Shown here: one piece after another, positions 24,962 to 36,759 of the stretch
Layout: each line of letters begins with the position of its first letter
How positions within the stretch are numbered: position 1 is the first letter of the stretch
Notes under the pieces: model-generated
The model's input: only the letters and a program-made list of their open reading frames with translations
What the model was told of the DNA's origin: nothing
Database searches by the model: none
Assembly: GCA_040954595.2 (NCBI GenBank)
Contig: CM082583.2
Coordinates: forward strand, 8,976,254-9,040,253
Source: Balanoglossus misakiensis
Taxonomy: Eukaryota > Animalia > Hemichordata
Length of the DNA stretch: 64,000 nt
Reading direction: 5' to 3'
Position numbers and translations under genes: made by a program

Positions 24962-27900
24962 TTCACCGCACCAAAACATGCGTCAGATAGAACAAAAAGA
25001 AGACTTCGGATAATTATGCTAATCGCATGTAAGCGACTGCCATCAAATAGAGCACAAAATTGAACCTGTCTTGGTTCGAAAAAAAATTGTCAATTTGTTT
25101 ACGCAGTTTGCGGTTGGTGCGGGAGCGCGAAGCGACTCCGCTGAAATTACAGCAGCCTCGTTTGAAATTAAACTGGCTTTTTTTTTTATCGCATACCGCT
25201 GATGAAATAGTTGTGACAGTGTTCGTGTCTCCTTTGAGACGCGCGGAGGGAACACAGTCATTGAAATGCAGACAAGATGTATTCATCTTTAATAGATGCT
25301 GGTGTTACGTGGACTGTGAGGGGTTTGCGCTGGCAGCCAAGCAGAACTAACGTACACGCTGTTATGGATAGTAGATATGTCCGCGGGGAGTCCATTGAAT
25401 GACGTGTCTCCCACCTCCCACCTGCCAACGACAAATCTCCGCATACTTGACTAAGCTGTCAGCTTGATCGCATCGGCAGCGACTTTGGTTTGCTGTTTAC
25501 CATTCCGGCTGACTGCACATGCATAGAAATTGTGCCATTATCTCCGGGTGAACAGCTCTGTACAGCTCCGGGGCAGATTGCTAGTTAATATGGAAAACAA
25601 GGGTTCAGCCAACCGTTAAATACATGAAATGCCAGGGAAATTATATAGCTTTAATCAGGTAATGGTCAAAATCCCATGAGGGCTACAAGGCAGTTGTGCT
25701 TGCCCTAGAAACCCTCCCATGCAGAAAATCAAGACTGGAGATTGTACTTTATGCAGTGAATTTGCCCGGCCTTTTCAGAGGTAACCATGAGGAAGTATAG
25801 CCGCGGGGCCAGCAGGCTACAAGCCCAGTCTTCATTATCTTACGGCTGTGAATGTATATCTCCTCCTAATTGTTTTGATTTATCTGCTCAGAAATCATCC
25901 TGAAGTAGCCATCCAGTGATGCGACTCCCTATGCTCACTGCTCTAATCTCCGGCCTCCCTAGAACACCTGAGTTTAAGTACCTTCGGAATGAAGACAGAG
26001 AGAGAGACTGAAAGGGGGGAGGGAGAAATCGTGAGGGGTCGAAACTGAGCATGTGCGCGCGCGTGTGTGCGCGCTCATCTCTGAGTAGCTGGGAACAAAT
26101 AGATGTGCGCATTTGTGACCCCCCGGGTGTTTGTGTCACTTGACGTTACTTCCACCGAGTGAGCGCGTCCAAATGAGAGGCAAATATGCCGCACACGTTC
26201 ACAGTATATTAACTCGCGCAAATATAAGTAAAGTCGGGGCTGTAGCCGGCGGGCAGTGAAGGATTTAATGCAGCTCTCATTTGTGACCAATATGTCACTG
26301 AAGCTAGCTATTTCCCTGTAAATATCTCTGCTACTTAATGCCGATCTCTCCTCCCAAGGGGCAGTAATCAGTGTGTCCCCGCCACTACTTGTCTTCCTTT
26401 TAGTCGGCCCGTTCCATTCTGTCCATGGGGGTGGCTTCACAAAAGAGCAAAGGTGTTGGGTGCAGTCAGACAGAGGATTTTGATTGGGTACCATTATTTA
26501 GTGTGTGCGCTAACTAATATGGTATGCACAGCCCCATTTTTGTTTCTAACGGTTCCTTATTGGGCAATAGAGTTCCATATGTTTTTCCATTGAACTTACA
26601 ATCTTCATGCTTTATTTAAGTAATTTTTGGCGTTTTCACCGATTTCAAGCTTGTAGCATCTTTATCATAAGTCCTGTGCCCTGAACTGTAAATAAATTAC
26701 ATTGCATTTCTTAATAAAACTCACAAAAGTTCAGAATATATTAAATTTTACAAAATGTGAAATACCGCACTAAGACAGTCTGTGTGAAAACTCATATTGT
26801 ATATTACTGGGAAGGGAAAATATTTGGGTTTGTGTGTGAGTCAGTGAAACATTGATGCATTTGAGTCTCGTGGAAGATGGCAGAACTGATAATGGACTTG
26901 TGGAAATCTGAAATGGAGAGAAATCTGATCCCATGCATTAGTCGCCTTCGATTTTTTCTTCTTCAGAAAATTCCGTCAAAGAGAGGAGATGCAGCAACAA
27001 TGGCAGTTGTCAGCGATGGTTTGGGGGATTCAGATTACAATCACGTTTTTCACAGAAATATAAAAACAGTCAGAGGTGTGTTTTTAACATTTTTAGAGGG
27101 TTCATGTTCAAAAGTGGAGAAGGACGGAGATTGGGTGGCCCTGAAGGCATGGAAAATTTCATAACAAATCCAGAAGCTTGTAGAGGTTACATTAGCTCAA
27201 CCAGTAGTTATAAAAAAATGCTGCTATTATTATAAAAACATGAAGGATCTTGAAAACTGGTGTACTTATACCATGTTTGATAATTTCATGATGTCTGCTG
27301 TGATGCGATTACACAATGTGTCAGTTTCCTTAGTTACAAATATGTGGAATTGAAATCTTGAGAGAAAATGATGTTTGTGGCAGTACTTTGCAAAGGAGGA
27401 AAAGAGGATTATGTTGCCACTCACATGTGCTAATCTGTGAGAACATCAAAGCTTATACTAGCAGGTAGATTTGAGTTTATAGTGAGAGGGGTGGCCCTGT
27501 ACATCTAATTGTTTGGGGGGGGGGGGGGGGTTCTGCGGTCAGGTCTTGTCTTGGACCCTCAGTGGAAATTAAGTGAGTGACTGGACTTAACAAGGCGGGA
27601 ATGACTCACAAGGTGAAGGGTGGCTTGGTTTATGGACTTGGTAATTGCTCTGGAAATAGTCTCGGGTCTAAACGAGCTAATGGATAGATCCCAAGGGAGC
27701 TCTGAAGTAGCTTGTATGTACACACTACCTGTGAGTTTACATGTAATATTGTTGAAAGCCAAGTAGTGCTTGCGTACTGTGTCAACTTGAAGGTGAGTGT
27801 AGACTTGCTTCCAAGTGCCGTTGATGCAGCTGATGACCAATAACAAGTGGTATGTGCTGATAATTTTTAATAATTTATTCAATTTGCATAAACTTCTGGT

Positions 27901-28810
27901 TTAATCTACAGGACCTTGACCATTTTAACCAAATTTTCAATCTTCCTTGTTTCTGCCAGTGATGTAACAGGCCACTATATTTTTTCAAAGCCATATTTTA
28001 CACAAATGACAATATGGGTACCTGCCCCCACCCTGTAAACTTGATAAAGCATTATCTTTGCTTTGATTAGTTTTAATACGGCGAAAACATTATCGCTCTA
28101 CTCTTTTTAGTAATCATAGCTATGTGAAAAGCAAACCCTGGTTCCTTCCCCTCCCCGTTCAAAAATATCTGGCCTCTCCCTGCTAAGTAGTTTCCCCGAC
28201 GTCAGAACGTGTTGTAATTCAGCGAGATCTGGGTTTTAAATTTTATGCCCGCCATAAAAGTGACATGTTAGTCTCCATCCAGTTCAGAGTTTTCATACCA
28301 GGAACAATTATTCGTGCCAGTCGATTAAACGCTGAATTGCTTCTACAGATGTATAAACTGATTGGCTTCGACAGCTGCATGTGTATTCCGCATGTGTATT
28401 TATGTCTGTCAATAAAAAGTGGGGACTGTGCCATTTATCATGGTTTTAGGCAATCAAATCTTGTATTGCTTCATTCATTAATTACTTCCAACAACTCTTT
28501 CTTTTGCTAACCAGAAACGGCTTTGTTGGAACAGAAAATGAAACCCACTCAGCACAAAGACTCTTTTTTTAATTTCTTTAATGAGCAGTTTTTATTTTCA
28601 TTTCTTCCTCGCTGAAATGTATGGTAATTTCCTTAAAATTGACAAGTTTGCCACCGAAAACAAAATGACTACACTTGTATTTTATTTTAATTTTTAGTCC
28701 TTTGGAAAAGCGTGACTTGACAATCTCCCTGGGCGACTCAATTTTTCAATTTCCAATTTCAGCGGAGTCGCATGGTGAAATCTTTCTTTTAAAGTCCTTG
28801 TTTCAGACTG

Positions 28811-28824
28811 GTTGCCATGGAAAC
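28811..28824. promoter_or_regulatory. Consensus RFX X-box gttgccatggaaac
   Basis: Exact match to the X-box consensus; identical 14-mer at 61748-61761. Confidence 0.5.
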
Positions 28825-30409
28825 TTTTACAAAACTCTCCTGCTTTTCCTTGAAGTTACCTGTGGATAGCAACTCGTGATGGTCTTGGCTCAATGGAGGA
28901 AGCCCAAAAAGTTGAGATATGTTTTTCCCTTCAAATCAACATCAATACACCATTTTACATTTTAGCGAGATAAAATAAATGTTCTTTTTCAATGGCTTCA
29001 CCATTAGTGGATTCTGAGAAATCTTGTGCTGATGTCCCGTTCGATTTTCCAAGTATATTGAGGTGGCCTTTTGTTTCATTTGTTTTCCTCATTTCACGCA
29101 TCCCACTCTGCAAAGAATACTAATACTCAGTCTCTCACAAAAAATGGTCGCCCACACTTAGGCACCATCAGAGTATCTTGTATGGAACAATCGGCCAATC
29201 CCAGAATGCAATTTCACACACTGACTTGTGCAGTGTTCACTGGGAAACAGTGTGTTGAATTTCACCTGTGTGATCTTGCCACCTGGCAGCTAAGATGTTG
29301 CCTACGGGCCCTGCGCTACTTTGTATGCATTGATCATGTAATTTGTGTTTTCTGGTGGGCCGCTTACATCACAATCATTTAGTTAAATCAACCATGAAAG
29401 TGTAAAACAACAAGCACTTGATTGCCAGCTCTGAGAAGAACAATACCCAGTGTCAATAAAACAGCATCTCTGGGTCCAAAAACAACAATCAACTGACCAA
29501 ACAGTGCCAAGTATTACAGGAAATCGACTTCAATCAACAATCAGGCCAGCTTATCTTTGACTAGTGTCTATAATTACCCAGAGCTTGATAAAACAAACTA
29601 TTTTTCTAAGGGCTCCTGTTTGGCGAGTGTTGCCAAAACACACTGGGAAAGAGCTGGCAGTGTTGGAAATGGTTCCTTTACCTACAGAGGAGATTAGGTG
29701 TTTACTTTGCGAATGGGGAAATCATAGGAGTTGAGTGCAATGAGGCAGTGGTCCTGCGCTGGTGATCAGTTTCCAAATAAACCCTGAAATCCGGTGTTTG
29801 TTTTTCTGAGCAGTTGAAGAGATGTAATCTCTTGTGTCTATACACACAGGTTTCTGGTGGAAAATACCAGATTGTGGTCCACAGGTCGGGTGCTGTTTGA
29901 GTTTGGTCTGCTTGGTGCTGGTGTATCTGAATGGTGGGGGCTTTGAACTCTGAAGGGAAGACTTTCAACGGCCATGAGGGAGATGTGTGAGCGATAACAC
30001 TAAAATGAAACAAACCCCAGATTATAAACACATTATTTTGATGCTCTGCCAATGCCATGTTCAAAGTTTTATTTCCTGGAAAGAGTTCAAGTGTTGGAGA
30101 GACTAATGTGAAAAATATTCATCTTTTCTCAAGTTTTACAATGCTTTAATCCAGGATCAATTGCTGGGTTTTAAAACCTCTCCACGACTGTGTTTACTTT
30201 TCAAAAAAATGCTGCCCTTTTATAATTGTGCATCCTGATTACACCCTTGCATCAGAATTGTCAAGAGGATTATAGGCTGGTGTCTCTCAATTTTCTGCAT
30301 GGAAACACTTGAATCTGCTTGCTGTAATGCCGTAATCAACACAGAGCTTTCATTAATCCTTGTTGATTGTGAAATACATGCAATGAATTCCTTTGATTAT
30401 AACTCTAGG

Positions 30410-30620
30410 AAACTCTTTCTCCCCTCTGCCCCTCAGTCATATTATTTCTCTCCATTTCTAGTTCTATTTCTCAGTTTGTCTTTTTCTCTCCTACCTCCCT
30501 CCCTCTCTCATTTTTTGTCTCTCCCTCCCTCCCTGCCCCCTCCCTATTTCTGTCTCTCATTGTGTTGGTCTCTGTCTCTTTTTGTCTCTCCCCTCCCTCC
30601 CTCCTTCCCTCCCCTTCCCC
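30410..30620. repeat. CT-rich low-complexity polypyrimidine tract
   Basis: Mixed ctct/ctccc/tttc runs with few purines over about 200 bp. Confidence 0.85.
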
Positions 30621-33600
30621 ATTTGACCAATTGATACACTTCCAAAAGACCATTATCCTCATCCACGCCCTCTTCATTCTGTGTTACAGAGCATTAACCT
30701 TCTGATAAGTCAGTATCTATCAGTTAAATCCAACCTAGAATTTTTCAATTACTTTCCCGTGCCAATCTGTGGGTATTCTGCCCCGAGGTAACAACTTTGT
30801 GGCGGCATTAACTTGAGAAAACTGGAGAGAATAGCCTTGATATGCAAACCTTCCCCTGCAAAAAAAATTGCATACCACATTAACTGGGGTAAAGTTGCTA
30901 CATTTTGACTGATGATTCAGGCACTGAGTATAGGACGTGATAGCCCGTTTTCAGAAGGACCTGTGTTATTGGCTTGACCTGCACAATACCACATTTCTGT
31001 GATTTCTGGTGGTCTCTTTTGTGTGCCGTGCACGACTGATAAGGCAGATTAATTTCCGCGCGCAATCAGCCTGATGAAGTACAACAGGTAATCTGGAAAA
31101 ATGGTGGAGATGATGGGAGATATACTCCGACTGAGAGAAATGAAAAGTCGAACGCCTGTAGGCAGCCAGCGACTGACATTTATCTGCTCGTGTACCCGGA
31201 GCAATCAGTGTACATGTGCGGACCAAATGTCACATGTAAGATTTCAGAAAATGAAATGGATAAGGTTTGTAAGAGGGGTCCAATCGGGCGGCACGCGTCT
31301 TTGCGCTCTCTTTTCCTCCATTGATGTGCGACTGGAGCCAACTCAATTACACCCGCTGACTGTTCACCGTTCATTCTAATGGCTTCGCACATTTTTTTTT
31401 CTCCGGCCTACAAGCCAATTAGCGGTGACTGCTCCCTTCTTAACGCTTTGCTCTGCAGCTAAATTTTCCCTGACACCCACCCGGCCAATAGTCGACGCGA
31501 ATTAGCCTGGCAATTTGCAATTGTGGCAATCAGGTTTTTTTTTTCTTTTTTCGCCGCTAATAATCAGCCATTATAGTGAATGACATTGCAAGGTTTCAGT
31601 TTCCAACATGTTGTTCTTTGTCTGTCTCAGGAATCGTTCGTAAATTGAGCCGGTCACATTTCCGAGGCCTTTGAACCTTCGGAAAAATGCAAAAGGACAT
31701 GTGCCGTGTCAGTTTTGCACCTTCACGTATTGACTGCCGTCGAATATTGATTCAGGTAGATTTTTTAACGCGTGCAAAGCGCCTGGGCTTTTAAAAATCA
31801 ATGAGCGATGTCAGCACCTGTGTGTTAGTCATTCCGTGTTTGATTTGTCGCGTACACGTATCGAGTGATACAATCATTCCCACCAACAGATTTGCATATT
31901 AACGTAAAACAGATGTTGAACCAAAATACATATTCAAGTTACAAAACAGCAAGTTTAAGAACTTTTAACTGAAATGATGTTCTGTGAAATATTTGACAAA
32001 ATTTCCCGTTTTGAGCAATAATTTTTTCCCCATCAGTAATTCCGATATTTATATACCAAACTACACCCAAAATACTAAAATTTACGTTAGTATATCTGTC
32101 AGCAGAAAACAGAGAGAGAGTCTGTAAAGAGTTGACCCTTGGAAAAAAAGTCTATAATGTGACATCGTTGATAAACCTGCACACACTGAGCTGCAAACTT
32201 TAAGACCAACTGTCCCCAGCGAATTGCATGATGTTATAGTTGGTTATTAACAGGGCTAATAGTAAGTGCTTTAAACCCTGTCGCTCGGGGTCAGTCGGTA
32301 TCATAAATAGTCGGAGATGTGTAATTAGCCTGTAACACAAGTACGTAGTCGGAATTGACAAATCTCTGCCATGTGTGCACACAATCAACATTAGAGGCAA
32401 CAGTAAATGGGAAATAGGTTGCCTGTCAAGATTATACATCTCTCTTCATTTGTGTTCATTTGGGTGAGCCAATTCAGGGCAGGGTCATTTGCTGGAAGTG
32501 GGGGGAGGCAATGTGAGTTCATATGACACAGGAAGATATCAGAACTGTTCGTATATAATATAGTGTGGTGTCCAGGAAGGACTAGATTAGAGTCTGACCA
32601 ATTTCATGTGCACCGTGTTCACTACATCATTTACTTGTGCTTACCAGCGGTGACTCTGACATCAACAATGACCCACTAATCTTTTTTTGCTCTCTGCAAG
32701 TTCAGCATATTGTCCAGATGTGTATTTATGACAGTTTAATATGATAAATGAAAAAAAATCATGATACATGGTTTGATTCTGAACTTGCAGGCTTCCAAGC
32801 TGAATTTCATATTCAGTAATACCAGTGCCTCTAATTGAGAGTAAACTTGTTTTTTTCAGAGTCTCTGTTTCTCGATTATGCTTGCCTTCCGAATACTAAA
32901 TTATACATTATATGGGTTTAATGGTGGCCCATATATCAGCACTTAGAGAGAATCCCAATAAAATGGAATTTTTCCCATTTCTTATATTTTCACTTATATG
33001 TTTATCCCCTCCAGAGAACACATCATCTCTCGGTAATGAGCCTTTCACGATGTTTTCCAGATAGTAACGACCATATGATATATTGCTCATTAAAGATTCT
33101 CTGTTTGAATATATTACAATTTATGAATCAAAGTGATGGCGTTTCGAGTAATTTCTTTGCCGAGCACTGCAAACAGGTTTTTATGGTTTAATTTTAAGAC
33201 TTGGAGTGGGTCAGCTAAGAGGTTTGTAAGTCTCTTCTAAAGCGTGATTCATCTTATCATTTTCACATTAAAATGGAAAGTCATATTTCCCTTCAAAAAT
33301 TTATGGATATCTCTTGATTTAGGAGGCTTTTCATGTGCTTCTTATAAATTTATGATTTATATACAGGTGTATGCCGAGCGCTTCAGTCGGCTCCGAAGAA
33401 AGCCATCTTTGGGTGATTATTTTTCTGTAATAGTCGCAGAAATTTTAAAGTGCTGTTTTTATATTCGCTTCTTTTCCCCCTATCAAATTTAATGTTAATG
33501 TTACCTTATGTATACTGCGTCTCTCTCTGCCAATTTGTGTGCCAGGGTTTTTTTAATTGAGTCTGATGTTTGACCGGTTGCCTGCGATTGTCTGACGCTG

Positions 33601-35917
33601 GTTTCTTGCAACTGATAAGCTTGGATTGATTGCGCGGAGAGCTGAGGGACGGCGAGTGAGCCCCGCACTCTCCCGATGACATTTATGCTTAATATTTTAT
33701 GATTCACGTCACATTCCCAATAACGCGGTGTGGATTTACCCGGTATCCATGTTTAATTCAGGAAAATTCCTCAGCTAAAATACCCGTGATTAGGTGCTCG
33801 CCACGTGCCTTGCGCCAACTCTCAGTGGACCTGACTTTTCAACACTTTTTCAAAGTCCAATTTTTCATCCCCCAGACAGCGGTGCCTGATGATTTTAGAC
33901 AGAAAGTCCCGAGGAAAAGCTGCAAAACGAAAGCCAACCCCTAAACAATGCCACTTTTGATAAAAGTTTCCCTCAGACGGTGAGATTTACTGCGAGTAAT
34001 TTAATGGCTGTGGGGGAAAAGTTGCCCAGGCAGTCATGATTGATAATTCTTGTCATGTAGTTCATTTCAAGGAAAGGAATTAGAAGCCATTGCAAGTAAT
34101 TTGAACATTCTTTCAAGGGACTGAGAGAAGATTATAGACCGTAAGTAGTCCATTAATAAAAGTGTGAACTGTTAGATTTAATGTATCTTTTCAGCTAAGA
34201 TAATAGTCCTAATCGGAATGTAGAGCAGAGTCTTTTGGAATAGAGTCATTTCCAGTTAGCGTTGGCTGAATCGAAAATTACGGCTCTAGAGATTTTGCGA
34301 TCCCCTGATATTGATGGGAATTTCAATTTGGGTCCGTAGTATGTCTGTGTTTTTTGTGTGTTTTAATCTTCTAATTCAAGCTGCAGTGACATTTGCCCCG
34401 ACCAACTTCTTAAGGCTAATGGATTTTTAGTTGAGAGAGCCATGCGCGCAGCTTGCCAGAATAAAGTTGACATTTGCCTGAATGAAGAGAAATCACACTG
34501 GCTGTGTTGGCCGCTTGGAAGGTAATTTTCCTCAACTTTAAAAATTTCTGCGGCATAAATCTACTTTGTTCTCTCGTGAATTCAATACTGCTCTCGTGAG
34601 CTGAGCCGGCAGAATTTGAGTTGCTGTAAAGATCTTTATGAATGCAGCTCAGTGTATTATTATTATCTTAATTCCTTAGCATTGTTGGGTGGATGTTGTT
34701 CAGGAAATAATACGAAAAAAAAAAAATTCTTGGGGTTTCCTGCAACAGTAACCCTCCTGCTAATGAGTGTTTACAGTAAATGTTGGACTGGTTAATGATG
34801 TTTTACAGGAAAACAAACAGCCCATCTAAGGATGCCACCTTGGCTATTTCCACAGCAAAATAAGCCCACGTTTCAAAAATAAACGCAAACATCCTAGAAA
34901 CAGATACCGAGTTTTAAGTGCCTTCAGCGTGACTGCCTGCCGTGTGATCAAGCAGAAAATCTTTCTGAAATGAAAATCTCGCAAGGTCATGGTGAAGTGG
35001 CAAGGAATAGCTGATGCGTCATACACCACATAGACACTCGCATATCACAGCTTTAGTGTCGAGTAATTAGGTATCATGCATTAAAATGCATTGCTGTAGT
35101 CGAGCCGTGCCATGTAGCTGATAGAGGCAATGGGAAAGTTTGGGTTGTCCTGTCAATCATAGAAGCGCCAGACACCAATACCTAACATGTTTCACGAATT
35201 ACTAGAAGAGAGAAAAAAAAAAAACACTGAGGTGATGATAGAAAAGCTGACCCGTGTGGTTTTAAGGTCGGCTGGTTTTATGTGTGCAAAGTGACAGATA
35301 TCTATATTTAATGACGGCTCGGAAAGTCAAGGTTTTTTTTCTGCCCCCACTGGAGTCAAGCCAGGCTATTAATGCAAATGGAGAAGTGAGTGGGGAAATA
35401 GAGGTGCCAAGCAAATTAGCCGATGAAACTGAGTGTTAATGGTTGGTTTGGCAGACTGCTGAAGCCCAGGTGGTCATGGGTCATTTACCAACCCACTGGT
35501 TAAGCATGGTATACTAGTACTGTACCGTGCCAATGGTTAAAGTTGGTTAACCAATCAAAAACTCCCATTTCTCAGAAATGGCTTGTCTGTTTAAATAATG
35601 TCACCTTGCACAAAATATGAGAAAAAAACTTTTTAAGGTGAGTACTACCTTATGAATTAGTGGTTATAGTTGGTTAACATACATGCAGTATGTCATGAAG
35701 GATATTCCTCTTTTTAACAGAAAAAAGAAGTTTGTTTCTTCATAGGTTATGTACAGCATATGTGCCAAGCCTGTTGGTTCTGATTGGTTGATTGACCAGG
35801 TGGTGTGATCACTTCAACAACTTGGCAGTATCAGTCATTCGACCTCCAGCAGGAGACATTGGCCAATTTCACATTGAGTAAGTAAACCTTGAAAGTTACA
35901 AATTCAGTTGACAATAA

Positions 35918-36003
35918 CCCTTTCACCCCCAGTTCTCTCCACATAGGTCCAACCTTCCCATAAAAAACAATGGATTTGGACTGGACCATAATGGTTGAAA
36001 GGG
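35918..36003 (-). mobile_element. piggyBac-like MITE, 86 bp (copy 2, opposite orientation)
   Basis: Inverted repeat taaccctttca / tgaaagggtta; flanks ATAA (35914-35917) and TTAA (36004-36007); homologous to 22435-22519. Confidence 0.72.
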
Positions 36004-36745
36004 TTAAGCATTGCAACAGAGCGAGCCAGACTAGCTGATGCATTAAAAAAACATGAGACAATACCAGTTTTATGCTTGACATCAAAGTCACTGGAGATCT
36101 AATTGAATGTACCAAGCTGATTTATGCTGTGCGATAACACAGCGGGCTTCATTCATATACCATGCCTTTTGTTGAGCTCAGCGGGCACTCTGTAAATGGC
36201 AAAATTCATGTAGCATTATATCCTGAAAGGACGAGGAATATCAGATGTATTCATTGATCTCTGCCGAAATTCATGTATTTCACCTTGAAAACAACCCTGT
36301 TTAATTACTTCTTTCATTTTCAGTCTGTTTAGGTTCTGGAATAATTGTCGTTTGTCCTGATGGGAAAGAAATTGCAGCGTTTTTATCACCAGATGGAAGC
36401 ACAACAGTTGGCATTGTGGGCTGCGTAACTTTTGATGGAAATGAATTCTGGTTGGTGAGTATGACTTTATTCAACATTCATTTGATGCAAAATTCACAAC
36501 AATTCATAAAAGTTTGTGAACTCAAGTATGTGGTTTGATATTTAATTAAATTTTGTTCTTTTGTGTGCACATGTATAAAGGTACATTTTAAAACTGGTTA
36601 ATTTCTTAAATTGTGCCACTCTACAATTCAAGAAGTTGACCAGTCCATCCCCCCCCCCCCCCCTGTATAGTTCGTAGCTGGCTGCATCTTAAGGGGTCAA
36701 GCAAGGTCAAGTTGCCTTCTCTGCCAGACTCTAGCACGCACTGTG

Positions 36746-36759
36746 CTGCCCTCTCTTGG
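36746..36759 (-). promoter_or_regulatory. Candidate CTCF site (ccaagagagggcag)
   Basis: Close to the CCASYAGRKGGCRS core; motif only. Confidence 0.35.

Noticed and set aside
30299-30677. Leu/Ser/Pro-rich and Glu/Arg/Gly-rich ORFs
   Set aside because: Translations of the CT-rich low-complexity tract.
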